Shown here piece by piece: positions 12,524-25,770 of a DNA stretch of 63,746 bases. This DNA comes from Octopus bimaculoides. Taxonomy: Eukaryota. Within the stretch, counting starts at the first letter, position 1. The number at the start of each line of letters is the position of its first letter. The notes under the pieces are model-generated. The model saw only the letters and a program-made list of their open reading frames with translations. It searched no databases and was not told the origin of the DNA. A program made the translations under genes and the position numbers. The stretch spans positions 50,678,736-50,742,481 of the forward strand of contig NC_068996.1 of assembly GCF_001194135.2 (NCBI RefSeq), read 5' to 3'.

Positions 12524-12953
12524 GAATTCTGGTTTAAGTACCCCATATAATCCCTCATAATTTTAAAAATTTTGGGAATTTTTTTAATCTTTCGAATTAA
12601 AAAAAAAAATATTTTTCGAATTTTTAAAAATAAGAGTTTAAAATACGGATAGTCCGAATTTTTTGCTTAGACACCACTAACAGACCGTTAAATGCGTTTA
12701 AGGGGAGAAATTTTGAAAAACATCAATGTCAGTGACAAAGAAAAGAGGAGGGTATCAGGTGGTCGTGAGATGTGCTAAAAATAACAGCCAAATAGCCCTT
12801 AAATCACACAAACAATTTTTTTTTGTTTTGGGCTTTGCATAATCGTATGAATTCTCGTGTGTAGAATACAAATTGTCCAAAATTTTCTGAAAATTCCCTC
12901 AAAATGAAAAAAAGTTATGAGGGGTGTTATATGGGTTGCTTAAACCAGAATTC
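12524..12953. mobile_element. TIR-bounded MITE (about 430 bp), superfamily unassigned, carrying a family D insert
   Basis: About 40-bp TIR: gaattctggtttaagtaccccatataatccctcataatttt on the left and aaaagttatgaggggtgttatatgggttgcttaaaccagaattc on the right. No TSD was recognised. Confidence 0.7.
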
Positions 12954-13327
12954 TGCCGACTTTTCAGTCTTACAGAAATAAAGACGAAACATTGGAAATA
13001 AATAGAAAGATCTGTTATTCGCTACCGGCAATCTAAATAACGCAAGGCGGATTCAATACCTGGCTATCTAGTCAGTAGCTTAAGTCGCGGTTTAGTTCTG
13101 TCTGATATTGTATGCGTATAATTACAGACATCCCAATAAGTGTAACATCCCGATTTGAAATCACACACACACACACACAGAGCAACAACATTAAAAAACA
13201 ACAAAATAAACAAAAAAAAAAAGGAAAACGGTAGGGCATAGTTCGGACGATGTAACCTTAGGTCTATCATCACAAGTGTTTCAGCCGTGAACATTTTTTT
13301 TTATGTAGCATTAAAAATAATGTACCC

Positions 13328-13687
13328 TTCTCTTTTTATGTGATTTGAGAGATGACTGCTATTTTTAGCAGGTAGAGCGACCACGTGGAGAGCTTTAATC
13401 CGGCTGGTGCATCTTATTTCCCCTTTTTTCCGTATTACATACGACGTCAATGCTGTTGAAAATAAACACGAACATACCTACTTAATCAAATGTATCATCA
13501 TTCTCTTTTAACGTGATTTGAGAAGTTTGGCTGCCATTTCTAGTAGATCGAGTGACCACGTGGAAGATTTTTCTGCCCCCCCCCCACTCCACCTCCCCCT
13601 AATCCCAGGTCGCGCATCTTATTAAATTTATTTCTCATCTTTCCGTGTATTGCGTACGACGTCAGTGCTGTTGAGACAAACACGAAC
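13328..13687. repeat. Tandem duplication of about 150-190 bp just upstream of the promoter
   Basis: Copy 1 is 13328-13473 and copy 2 is 13502-13687. They share gtgatttgaga...gaccacgtgg...gcatcttatt...acgacgtca.tgctgttga.a.aaacacgaacat. Confidence 0.75.
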
Positions 13688-13839
13688 ATTCTATCCACAC
13701 AATGACGTTTCTCATCAACTAATGAAGCTGGTCTGGCTTGCGCCTTATGTAAAAAGTAAAGAAATCAATAATGCTTATCGATCAGCGTGAATGTGTTATA
13801 GATAGATGATATATAGATAATAGAGTTATAAAATTACCG

Positions 13840-13912
13840 AACCAATCACAGCGAAGATGACATTAAGCGCCGTTCTCACAGCTACCTGTCGACTTCCGGT
13901 TGTCATTGGTTC
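13840..13912. promoter_or_regulatory. TATA-less promoter-like motif cluster: CCAAT (+), ETS, CCAAT (-)
   Basis: aaCCAATcacag (13842-13846), ACTTCCGGT (13892-13900, ETS consensus on minus) and ATTGG (13905-13909). The region is CpG-retaining and repeat-poor, upstream of the MSE exon. Confidence 0.6.
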
Positions 13913-14613
13913 TGTTGGTGAAAATGTATAAATAAAACGGGTCAAATTTTCTGTCAAACTGGCTGTCAGTGAACTTGATATTCCACATACATACGTACTA
14001 TATATAAATTAGCCAGTGAACCATTTGGAAATTCTCGTAATGATTGAAAACAACAGAAAAATAGCAGCCAAAATAAAGCTGTTGTACCCTTAGCTCTGTA
14101 CAGTGCTATATATATCATAAGGGTACATTCCGAGCTTCGAGGAAACGGGTGACAATCGGCGGTGGTCTGCTTATTATTGCATACATTTGGCTGTAACAAC
14201 AAACGGGAGAATGAATAATAATAATATAAGAAGACACTGAACGAGAAACTCTGCGTAAACAACGACCCAGTGAGAAAAAATCCAGCTTCGAACGAGCGAA
14301 TTACAAAGGAAAAAAGAGAAAAAAAGTGTGATAATTAATTCATCATCTGTATTTAAACGAAGAGAAAGTAATCACAGCAACAACAATTTGACTGAGTGAT
14401 CATATATTCTTATATGCCATTCATTGCATCCAGTTTTTTGGATAGATATATATGGGATCACAAGAAATTATGGCAAGCAAACGTTGTCTTCTGCCGAACC
14501 TAAACACTTTAATTAGTGTTTACATAATGGAAAACTAAAAATTAATCGACGGAGAAGTTATCTTTTGTCAAACCAGTTTTGATTCTAGATGCTGGTTGCA
14601 GTTTGTGTTTACC

Positions 14614-14622
14614 ATGTCTGAG
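14614..14622 (+). CDS. Probable first coding exon (Met-Ser-Glu) of the CEP170-like gene
   Basis: ACC-ATG-TCT-GAG followed by a consensus donor gtaagt (14623-14628). Phase 0 matches the 61333 exon, giving MSEDKEKYFSPEW. It lies about 700 bp downstream of a promoter-like motif cluster. The join across a 46.7-kb intron is inferred. Confidence 0.5.
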
Positions 14623-15201
14623 GTAAGTTTAAAATTAATAAATATGTATAAACATGTATGTTTAATTTATATAATTAAAGAACATTTATATGTTTTTACT
14701 TTGCGCACCTTGCCATGTTATTGTCAAGTACATGTTTATATGTTTATCTTAACAGTTTTTCGTGTCGAAATATATATTATTGTGTTTGGGGAGATATTTA
14801 TATATATAGATATATTGTATTTTGAGATGGTCATTTTTTTTTCAACACACCGCATCACATCAGGAATTTTGCAACATAAATTCATAAACGTATATATATA
14901 ACTTTCGGAATATTGTCAGTCCACGTTCTACGTAATTTGTGCATATGTGAATGTTATATGTATAATGTATAGGTATATATGTACAAAGTAAGAAACCGGC
15001 AATAAAAGACAGAGCTTCTGGTAAATTCCTGTCCAGAATATATTTTACACACACATACACACACACATTTAATGATTTCTTTTAAGTCAATAAAACCTAT
15101 AGACACACAATCTCGACGGTTGGACATCTCTTTTCTACTTGGCCAATGTTTCTCGTAATAGGAGACATCGAGACTTCTTTGAATACTAACACGCACACAC
15201 A

Positions 15202-15266
<65 letters not shown>

Positions 15267-15389
15267 ATATATGTGTGTGTGTGTATACACGCACATATAT
15301 AAGTACACATGTATACGTATTGTTTAAAAAGTATATACATACACATAAACACTCATACATATCTACACACGTATGTATATGTATGTATG

Positions 15390-15429
<40 letters not shown>

Positions 15430-16231
15430 TACACTTTAATATACATAGTACACGTGTATGTTTCACACACACACGCACCTTGTGTCTATGTAGTCTTTAG
15501 TAAAAAGTTTCATCAGATTCTGTGTTTTATAAAAAGAACCTTGACTGTCATTCATTTTGTAGTTTAGTTTAATGACCAGGCATATACATATATATAATAT
15601 CATCCACTTAGGTTGTCGCATCTGCGACATAACTGATTAGAGATGTAGACAAAATGTGGTTGAGGACCAAATCCATGAATTTCATTATTATCTTCATTAT
15701 TAGAAGTAATATACGTTTTACATATGGAAATTGTCCCTTAATTGTCCTATGAGGTGCGCACGCGCGCGTGTGTGGGAAATAACACGAATGCTTTGTACTT
15801 TCCTATCACCAATGACAATTGCTTGTTTGACCAATGAATAAATTGACAAAAAGCTGGGGTTTTTTCTTCTTTTTGGAGAAAAAAAACGTTTCTTTGCTTC
15901 AAATTTTGATCTGTCTGAAAGGTATTTATTTACGAAGTAAATATGTATTTACGAATTGTCATCGAAAAATATCGAATGAATACAAAGGAATATATATATA
16001 CACGCGCACTCGCGCCACACACACACACACACACACACACGTTCAAAACATCCTTAATTATTTAACATATCTAGCTTATTACGGTTTTTTTTTAAAACTC
16101 TAAGCTGAGATTATATTCTCTCGAAAATTAAACAGGCTAAATTATAGTATCCATCCCGTCCGTTGTCTTTTCGATTCATTTTTCACATTTTTCTTTTATT
16201 CATTGTCCGAAGCAATAAAACACCTGAAAGC

Positions 16232-16275
<44 letters not shown>

Positions 16276-16498
16276 CAGAGAGAGAGCGAAAGAAAGTGAT
16301 TGTGTAAGTACGTATAATAAACTCTTCTGTTAAAGACGATAGAAAATCAATACTGGCAAATGTAATCGATCGATAATTGATTTGGCTCGTGTAATTGATG
16401 GAAACATACGCTAGTTATTTTCGGGAAGGTAATATAAATTACACACACACACGTGTGTGTGTGTGTGTGTGTGTCCGTAGCGATGAAACACCTGAAAG

Positions 16499-16538
<40 letters not shown>

Positions 16539-17194
16539 GCACATACATACGTAAATGCATATATACACTCTTATACAACGGAATTACGTAAGAATTTAAG
16601 TGTATAATGTTAATGTCTGATGAAATGTCCCTTCTTTCTCTCCAGTGTCAGTCTACACATTTAGAATCAGTTCATTTCATTATGACACATCTCCACATCT
16701 ATTATCGTATTCGTCTGAGGTGTCATACATATGAAACAAATCAATATGCATCTCTTACTCTCTCTCTCTCTCTCGTAAAATATGTCAATATATTCAATAA
16801 ATATTTATTTTCCTTTTCCTGATGCACAAGGCAAATTTGTGATGAAGGAGAAAATACTGACTCGATTCCTCTATATTTCTCGTATTGGTTTTGACGACCC
16901 ACGGAAGGATGAAAGGCAATTGATATCGCGGCGTTATTTGAACTCAAGAATATAGTCACGAGACGTTACTGTGTGGGTTATTTACCCAGAGCTCTCCCAT
17001 TTCTACTCGTCGCCCTTATATATATAAGTATAGTGTTTAGTTTCACTCTCGAAAAAATAAAATTATTAACCTTTCGGACGTGGCCCGCCATGAGAATGGG
17101 GGGGGGGAGATAGAGAGAGAGATAGATAGATAGATAGATAGAAGCCCTGAAGAGGGAAATAATAAAACTTCACGCGCATACAAACGCGCGCGCG

Positions 17195-17227
<33 letters not shown>

Positions 17228-17479
17228 NNNNNNNNNNNNNNNNNNNNNNNNNNNNNNNNNNNNNNNNNNNNNNNNNNNNNNNNNNNNNNNNNNNNNNNNN
17301 NNNNNNNNNNNNNNNNNNNNNNNNNNNNNNNNNNNNNNNNNNNNNNNNNNNNNNNNNNNNNNNNNNNNNNNNNNNNNNNNNNNNNNNNNNNNNNNNNNNN
17401 NNNNNNNNNNNNNNNNNNNNNNNNNNNNNNNNNNNNNNNNNNNNNNNNNNNNNNNNNNNNNNNNNNNNNNNNNNNNNNN

Positions 17480-17512
<33 letters not shown>

Positions 17513-17514
<2 letters not shown>

Positions 17515-17695
17515 GAGTGGCCCAAAAGTAGGTTTACAGTTATCACGTAGGCACTTTAAATTACTTTTAAAACATTTTATTACATTTTAATTTCTATCTT
17601 ACAATTAACTAAATTAGCATTAAGATCCAAACTGTTAATATATAAACGTGAAAGAGATAGTTGAATAACTGTAAAGCTACTTTTGGGCCACCCTG
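17513..17695. mobile_element. Tc1/mariner-type MITE, 183 bp
   Basis: TA|cagagtggcccaaaagtaggtttacagttat ... ataactgtaaagctacttttgggccaccctg|TA; about 31-bp TIRs with 2 mismatches and a TA TSD. Confidence 0.9.
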
Positions 17696-17924
17696 TATAC
17701 ACCACATCCATGTGGTGCTGAAGAAGAAGCAAAGAATTCTTGAAATATGCATGTGGTCTCTTGTAAACTTATCAACATCTAATTGTTAAAATGGAAAAAT
17801 TATCAGAAAAGCCATTTCTATTTTTTCAAATATACATATATATGTACGTGCACATGTGCATGCCCATGCATACACATGTATGTATGTATTCATGTATGCG
17901 TGTGCACACAAAACAAATTTACAG

Positions 17925-19330
17925 TAAGTTCATATTGAGCATTGTCACCATCCAAATCTGTTCTTCCACCAACTGAAATGATGTATGAAAAGTTTTATGA
18001 GAACTTGGAGAAAATCAAGACCGCTCACAAGGAAGACATCCTCACTGTTGTAGGGGACAAGAATGCCAAATCAGGCTTCACTACATGTGACTTGTATACA
18101 GGTATTTTGGAGCATTTAGGGGCAAGTGAAGCAAGTTGTAGACTGCAACTTTCAGAATTTGTCAGCAACGACAAGATTAACCTAGCCATCTTCTTCCTGA
18201 TGAAGAAGCTTTCGGAGAACAACACACAATGCCCCTAGGAATGGCATGAGTTGAAAGCAGATTGACTCCATCGTCACACTTGAAGCATACATAGGTCAGG
18301 ACTTTCATTTGTGTGAATGCTGATGTTAACATTTAGTTCAAGTTTGAAACTGTCTACAAGCAAAGAACTTCTCATCTAAAAACTTGATGTGAACAAATTG
18401 AAAGACCCGGAGGTTGGAGTATTTGAGGCTAATGTAAATGGCTGGTTACCATACAAGAAGATATCAGCTCCTTGATTGATATCATCTAGGACAGTGCTAC
18501 TCAAAGTGGTGCCAGTCCGTGAACCATCAGCTGCCGGTACATGACCAGTTTCCAGAAAAGAAAGAAACATTATAAAATGCTTATGTAATATTGTATTATT
18601 TGTTCACAAAATAAATATAAGATAAAAAAAAAATGTCAACTTTTATTATATTCATTATATATATATTGTTTCTGGTAAAAATTAATATTGCTAAGAAATA
18701 TCACCGGTCCCTGGTACATTAGGAAAAAAAAAACAAAAGTGCTGGTACACCACATCAGATAGTTTGAGAAGCATTGATCTCGGAAGCATACTGTTACTTT
18801 AGTGTGCAGTTTACTGCTGTATCTGCAGTTTATACTTCAAAATGACTTGATCTGGGTTAGGGTTGAGAATTAGAGTTGGGGTTAGACTACACACTAAAGT
18901 GTAAATGTTTCCGGGCTAAAGTGGCATGGAAACCTATGAATCAGCTTCATGCATCAGAAGGGCTGAGGTAAAGAAGGAAAACAAACTGTGAGTTACTGAT
19001 CCTGGACTTCTTTGAAGGCAGCACCTGAAGATAAGTTAACAGATCTTGATGCAACTTGGATTAACAGTGTTATTAATCAGATGGAAAAGCAAGTGGAGAA
19101 AATGAAGAGGTTGACAACAGACCGATGAGAGAACATTAATGCCGGGATAGAGAACAACAACAACAGCAAGGTGGCTTTTGAGACAACAAAACTGCTTGTA
19201 AAACAAATGAACTGATTGCTTGTGTCACTGAGGACAAAAGAGTCTTCCCCACTCACAGACAAGCTCTGCTATTATCAGATGGTCTGAGTATTGCAAAGAA
19301 CTTCATAACTGTCTGTTTATTCATGACACC
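17925..19330 (+). mobile_element. Decayed RTE-clade LINE (AP endonuclease and linker), interrupted by a hAT MITE
   Basis: Fragments EKFYENLEKIKTAHKEDILTVVGDKNAKSG (APE GDxNAK motif), LKLDVNKLKDPEV and ENINAGIENNNNSKVAFETTKLL. Multiple stops and frameshifts. Confidence 0.8.
18492..18776. mobile_element. hAT (Charlie-type) MITE, 285 bp, nested in the RTE relic
   Basis: TIRs cagtgctactcaaagt and agtttgagaagcattg; TSD atctagga (18484-18491) and atctcgga (18777-18784). Confidence 0.85.
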
Positions 19331-19970
19331 AACATCCTGGACAGTGCTACCAAAAATAGCAGAAAGTTTGCTGATGCTCTAACACACCAGGAGTGTTTTG
19401 GTTAACATCATCATTGTTTTAACATCCAGTTTTTCATGCTTGCATAGCTCAGACAAGACTACATTCAAGCAGTTTCTCTGTGACTTAATGCTCTTCCTGA
19501 CTCCAACACTCGTTTCCTAGTTTGTCAAACTACAAACAGCCTAAACATGGATACATGGAGAACTGGAAACAACTGACACTGCATGAATGAGTCTTTTGTT
19601 TACAAAGATCATGTGACATACCAAGAAACCCAGACATGTTTTTGTGGTAGACTGCAGGCAATGAACACCATCAGTATGAATAGTGAGGCCTTTATTTATA
19701 GCAAGCACATGAAAATGAGGAAAATACAAACTCATGCACACAGCAGGCTTCTTCAGTTTCTGTCTAATAATTTTACACACATGGCATTCATTGACTTTCA
19801 GTGTCCACACAGCGGATTGAAACCCTTAACCATGTGGTTCTGAAGCACACTTCTTAAACATGCGGCAATGCCTCCATCATGTCGAATTTAATCCAAGGGT
19901 GGCGGCAGTGGTGTCATAAGGATGGTGTAAGGGTAGTGTCAACCCTGGTAGAGCAGAGTGAACTATTTAA

Positions 19971-20362
19971 CCCTTTAAGCATTTAAACTGGTCATTTCCA
20001 GCTCAGATATTCTGCCTGTTTTATGTTCAAACTGGCCAAATCTAGCCTTTTGCACCTACCTTACAATGCCATTCTGAAAATAAAGTCACATTATTGAAAT
20101 CTGAAAGCTGAGATAATGCACATTTCAAAACAATGGGAATGAATAAGTTATTACATTTGACAGTAATCTGAAGGGTTGAGCCACTTACATCAAACCCAAA
20201 TATTCTGTTTAATCTGGCCTCTCACACCTACCCTACAATGTCATTCTAAAAATAAACTATCACATCATTGAAATCTCAATGTTATGAGACAATGCGTGAT
20301 TAATTCAAAGCAATGTGAATAAATATATTATTACATTGGACAGTAATCTGAATGCTAAAGTG
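19971..20362. mobile_element. piggyBac-type (TTAA) MITE family P1, tandem/composite copy
   Basis: ttaa|ccctttaagcatt ... aatgctaaagtg|ttaa, with two overlapping internal units. Confidence 0.7.
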
Positions 20363-20770
20363 TTAAGGCACTCCAGTTATTACCATTTTAGTCTGTCACA
20401 CCCATATAGTGCCTCTGGGGTCACATCATGTAAGACCCCTTCCATTCTTTGACATAGTAAGATCACTGAAACATGTTAAACATACAGTTACTATGGGTGG
20501 AATCTGTTAAAGAAATAACTATTTGTGTGTGTGTGTGTGTGTGATGCATCGTTTTACACAATTGATATTCTTCATCAGTTTCAGAGGGGGCATATAATAT
20601 AATCATTATCCCTGTCACACCTCCTCTTCCGACTAATGACAGTCATCACTTTTTTTCATAGTGTCATCTTTATTCTCAACCCTTTTGATACCAACCCATC
20701 CACAACCGTCCCAAGTTCTATTATACAAACTTCCTGTTTCTAAGAGATGTAAATTAAATCCTTCCATCAA

Positions 20771-21095
20771 GGCACAGGCGTGGTGGTGTGGTAAGAAGCT
20801 TGCATCCCAGCCACATGGTTCCATGTTCAGTCCCATTGTGCAGCACCATGGGCAAGTGTCTTCTACTATAACCTGTGAGTGGATTTGGTTGATGGAAACT
20901 GAAAGAAGTTTGTATATATATATGTGCGTGTGCGTATCTATGTTCGTCTCCCATCACCACTTGACAGCTGGTGTTGGTGTGTTTTATATTCCTGTAAATT
21001 AGTGATTTGGTAAAAGAGACCAATAGAACAATAGAATAATAAAAAAAAGTACTGGGGCCAATTCACTTGACTAGAAATTCTTCAAAGCAGTGGTT
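20771..21095 (+). mobile_element. SINE family B, near full length
   Basis: tRNA-like head, CORE-like gggcaagtgtcttctacta, (TA/TG)n linker and family B tail. Confidence 0.8.
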
Positions 21096-21342
21096 GCACT
21101 CTAATTACCAAAACAATTAAAAGATAAGATAAAAATTCCATTTTAAAATAAATTTCAAATATTAGCTTCATAATAATAGTTGCTTTACGAAAATTCTTTA
21201 TTCTCAAACTTAATTACAAACGAAGTGTATTTTAACAGATCCGTTCACTTAAGTGAGTTAGAATCTGTCATGCTTTACAGTTTATTGATCTTATTTGGTT
21301 TTTCAGTATAACCCTTTCTTTATCAATATTTTTGTTTAAGAG

Positions 21343-21820
21343 GGCGGCGAGCTGGCAGAATCGTTAGCATGCTTAGCGGTATTTTGTCTTGCGTTACGTT
21401 CTGAGTTCAAATTCCGCCGAGGTCGACTTTGTCTTTCATCCTTTCGGGGTCGATTAAATAAGTACAAGTTACGCACTGGAGTTGCTGTAATCGACTTAAT
21501 CTCTTTGTCTGTCCTTGTTTGTCCTCTCTGTGTTTAGCCCCCTGTGGGCAATAAAGAAATTAATATTATTACTGGTAAAAGTGCAGCGAGCTGGCAGAAT
21601 CGTTAGCACGCCGGGCGAAATGTTTAGAGGTATTTCGTCTGCCGTTACGTTCTGAGTTCAAATTCCTCGGAGAACAACTTTACCTTTCATCCTTTCGGGG
21701 TCGATAAATTACATACCAGTTACGCAGTAGGGTCGATGTAATCGACTTAATCTCTTTGTCTGTCCTTGTTTGTCCCCTCTGTTTATCCTCCCGCACCCCC
21801 CGCAGGCAATAAAGAAATAA
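21343..21820 (+). mobile_element. Two tandem SINE family A copies (21343-21560 and 21582-21820)
   Basis: Head ggcggcgagctggcagaatcgttagc, B-box gagttcaaattcc, body gtcgactttg.ctttcatcctttcggggtcga and tail caataaagaaat. Confidence 0.85.
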
Positions 21821-21964
21821 ATATTTTTTGTTTAATGAATGTATTTCCGAATGTTTATATTGTTTTTTTCTAATGATGATTTAACTAACTTTCATTCATT
21901 GTCAGCTTTGTTTATACTCTTATCTTCCATTTATTATTTTGAACTTGTTTTAATATATACACAC

Positions 21965-22190
21965 CTGTTCTCTCTCTCTCTCGCTGCCCAACTCTCTTTG
22001 TCTCTCTCCCTGTTTCTCCCTTTGTCTCTCTCCCTGTTTCTCCCTTTGTCTCTCTATCTTCTACTCTCTCGCTCTTGCCGTCTCACTCTTTGTCCCTCTA
22101 TCTCCTCCTATCTCTTGCTGTTCCTCTTTTGGTCTCTCTCTCTCTCTCTCTCTCTCTCCTTCTGTCTGTCTCTCCTCTCCCTCTCTCTTA
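21965..22190. repeat. Polypyrimidine/polypurine (CT-rich) low-complexity tract
   Basis: Degenerate (CT)n with repeated ctttgtctctctccctgtttctcc units. Confidence 0.85.
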
Positions 22191-22599
22191 TATATATATA
22201 CACACATTTACACAAACCTATACGGACTTTCACATTCTGGCCTCTGTCTGTTCTCGACCTGCTAGAAATAGCAGTCACATTGGAGAATGTAAGTTCCAGA
22301 TACACTGTCTAAAATGAAGACTGGATGGTCACAGACGGAATGTCTTTGATCATAAGCCTGCTGGACAAATATCGATCTGGAGTTAATTAATAAGAACAAG
22401 GACACTGCTTCTGTAGTCTTTTGACCAATGAGAAATAACCGTATAGCAGAACGTAGTCTGAGGTACAATGAAATAAAGACAATGAGATTAAAGAGGAAAA
22501 ACACATTTGATTATAGATAAGCTGTTTCAAGGGTTGTCATACAATTAATCAGCATAAACACTACACGTACTAATTAATGGAGCGTACATTGGTTTCACA

Positions 22600-23640
22600 A
22601 TTTGGCACAAGGCCAGCAGTTTTGGAGTAAGGAGTAAGTTGATTACATCAATGCCAGTGTCTGTTCGACTGGTACTTATTTTATCAGCCCCGAAAGGATG
22701 AAAGGCAAAATGGACCTTGGTGATATTTGAACTCGGATGAAATATTGCTAAGCATTTTGCCCAGCGTGCTAATGATTCTGCCAGCTCACCGCCTTAATAA
22801 TAATAATAATAATAATGGCTTCAAATTTTGCCATAAGGGCAGCTGTTTTTTGGGGGGAGGGGACATGTCGATTATATCAACCCCATTGTGTAACTGGTAC
22901 TTAATTTATCTACCCCCAAAAAGATGAAAGGCAAAGTCAACCTTGGCGGAATTTGAACTTGGCATGCTAACAATTCTGCCAGCTTGCTGCCTTTATTATA
23001 ATCATCGTTTAATCGTTTAACGTCCGCTTTCCATGCTAGCATGGGTTGGACGATTTGACTGAGGACTGGTGAAACCGGATGGCAACACCAGGCTCCAATC
23101 TGATTTGGCAGAGTTTCTACAGCTGGATGCCCTTCCTAACGCCAACCACTCAGAGAGTGTAGTGGGTGCTTTTACGTGTCACCCGCACGAAAACGGCCAC
23201 GCTCGAAATGGTGTCTTTTATGTGCCACCCGCACAAGCCAGTCCAGGGGCACTGGCAACGATCTCGCTCAATAATAATAATTCTTTCTACAGGAAGCACA
23301 AAGACTCAAATTTTGGAAATTAATTGATTACATTGACCTCAATACATAACTGGTAATCGACCCCAAAAGGATGAAAGACAAAGTCAGCCTTGGCAGAATT
23401 TGAACTCAGAATGCAGTGGCAGCTGTAAGACCACTAAGCTTGCCGCCTTTATTATAATAATAATAATAATAATGGTTTGAAATTTTGGCACAAGGGCAGC
23501 CTTTTATCATCCCCAGTGTTCAACTGGTACTTATTTTATCGACCCTGAAAGAGTGAAAGGCAAAGTCATCCCTGTTGCAATTTGAACTCAGAATGTAAAG
23601 ACAGGTGGATTGGTGCTAAGCATTCTGCCAGCTAGCTGCT
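22600..23640 (-). mobile_element. Cluster of four partial SINE family A copies with a family C SINE (23001-23268) between them
   Basis: Repeated gaaaggatgaaaggcaaagtc...atttgaactc...gctaa..attctgccagct. The family C body is catcgtttaacgtccgctttccatgctagcatgggttggac...ggatgcccttcctaacgccaaccac. Confidence 0.8.
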
Positions 23641-24747
23641 TTAAATGAAGCATATATTGTTTTACCAAATTATTTTAAGAATTCAAAAGGTTGCTATTTA
23701 ACCTTAGTTCAATTTTGATTGAACAGACTTGTGATCTAAAACACCCCAGCCGTTTTGTCTATGATTATGTTGTTCAGTTTGTCATATATTTCGTGCTGGC
23801 ATGAATATAATCTGAGGAAGTTCTAGCTACTATGTCCATAAGGTTGCACAAGCCTCTGTGTGTGTGTGTGTGTGTGTAGGAGAGGTGGTTTCTGTCTGAT
23901 AGAAATGGAGTTTCACTAGTTTTTTTCTGAATCATTTAGTTTCTAGCTGTCTGACCTCTTTAGATGGGTTGATGCGTTCTTTATGTAAATAAAGACGCCT
24001 GCTTAAGAGGAATGGGGAGAGAGAAAAAGAAATAAAGAAGAATATTCTTATATTATTGATTGATGAAAGAATGATAGAATCGGATTTCCCACTCTTGGTC
24101 TATTTCTTTCTAGAAATTTCTAGCTGTTCCCTGCCACTGTAATAACAAATGGGACACATTAATGTCTTATCACCTTCTTGGATACTGATTTTCATAGAAG
24201 GAATCTCTCCATAACAACTCCATCTCCTCAATTTCATTTTGTTTTATTTATCTTCATTTTAAAACCTCAAAGCATGGGCATAAACGTTTAATGGTTAATT
24301 CTTCATCAAATATATATATATATATATTTTTTAATAAATCAATTTGCACTTCCTCTATTACTTTTTTTTTCTTTTTATATAAAATTAATTTGTCTTTTAG
24401 CTTAATCATCTCAAGATTAAAATTTTAGATAATGTTTTATAGTTCATTTTTCTTTTTCTTTCTGTGATCTTAGTTGTAGTTTAAGCCATGAAACATAAAA
24501 GAAATCTAAATTAATTCGTTGAGATGTATTAACAATATATCTTTGAAACTTCCAAATGGCTAGAACCAACATCTTTCAGCATTTTTATGTACTAATTGTA
24601 AAAATAAGTTATATGGCCCCTTGTTGTTGTTTAGCCACAGGTTAGTTCTGATCAATGAAAACCGTGAGTGTGAGCAAAATTAATTCCAGTCATGACCATC
24701 CAATCTTCCATTCAGTCGTAATAAATCTATGATTTTCTTTTACTACT

Positions 24748-24897
24748 ATTACTTGCTTCAATCATTAGACTGTGGCCACACTGGGGTACTTACCTTGAAG
24801 AATTGTTTTTTCTTTAAGCCTGGTACTTTATCAGTCTCGTTTGCTGAACTAAGTTATAGGAACGTAAACACACCAACACTCGTGGTCAAGCAATGGT

Positions 24898-24937
<40 letters not shown>

Positions 24938-25040
24938 ATGGGCTTCTTTCAGTTTCTGTCTGCCAAATCCACTCACAAAGCTTCATTTGGCTTGAGTAGA
25001 AGACACTTGTCCAAAGTACTATGCAATGGGACTGAACCCC
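24748..25040 (-). mobile_element. SINE family B
   Basis: Reverse complement of family B with a (CA)n linker. Confidence 0.8.
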
Positions 25041-25677
25041 AAATCAAATCTCCAAAATCTAAAGTCAGACATGGTGATACCATTCAGCATGATAATAGTG
25101 GGCAGCAAAGCCTACCTTGTTTTTAGTCAAGAAGTTTTGAATAAATTATACTAGTTAAGGCAATGTGTTTGTGAGTCCACAAAGTTCTCAACAGGAAAAT
25201 TAGCAACTAAGCCTCTGTCCTTTGGGAAACTAATGTTTATGCTGCCCCTCTGTAAGATCATAATTCATACAGATGTATTCATTCAAGACTGATAGTTCAC
25301 ACTGTTGTTTTCAGTTCATGCAGTGTTTCATCTGAGACATTTTTGCTGTCTGATGGATCATGCAGAGTAGGGAAACTCTTGAGTAGTAACACTGAACCAA
25401 ATATCAGCTTTGAACAAATAATAAACAAACTCTGCTACATGCTTTTGAATATTTTTTCACCTAATACTATTTCCAAATATACAGGTGTATGTATGTATGT
25501 ATATATATATATATCAAGTGTGCAGTTTAAATGATAAATTACCTGCCTCTGGATACCTTCTAACAAAGACGGTACCCACACAAGTAATCTCCAGGAGTGC
25601 CTTCGGATTTAATTATCCCCTGGTTGCTTAGATACTTCAGACTACCCCTTGAATGTTTAAGCAATCCTATCATATAC

Positions 25678-25718
<41 letters not shown>

Positions 25719-25770
25719 TTGGTCTACAATTGTTAATGACTATACATATTTTATAGTAAGATTGTGTATA

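Noticed and set aside
21343-21420. tRNA-like heads with A/B boxes in many places
   Set aside because: They cannot form a cloverleaf and continue into SINE bodies, so they are not tRNA genes.
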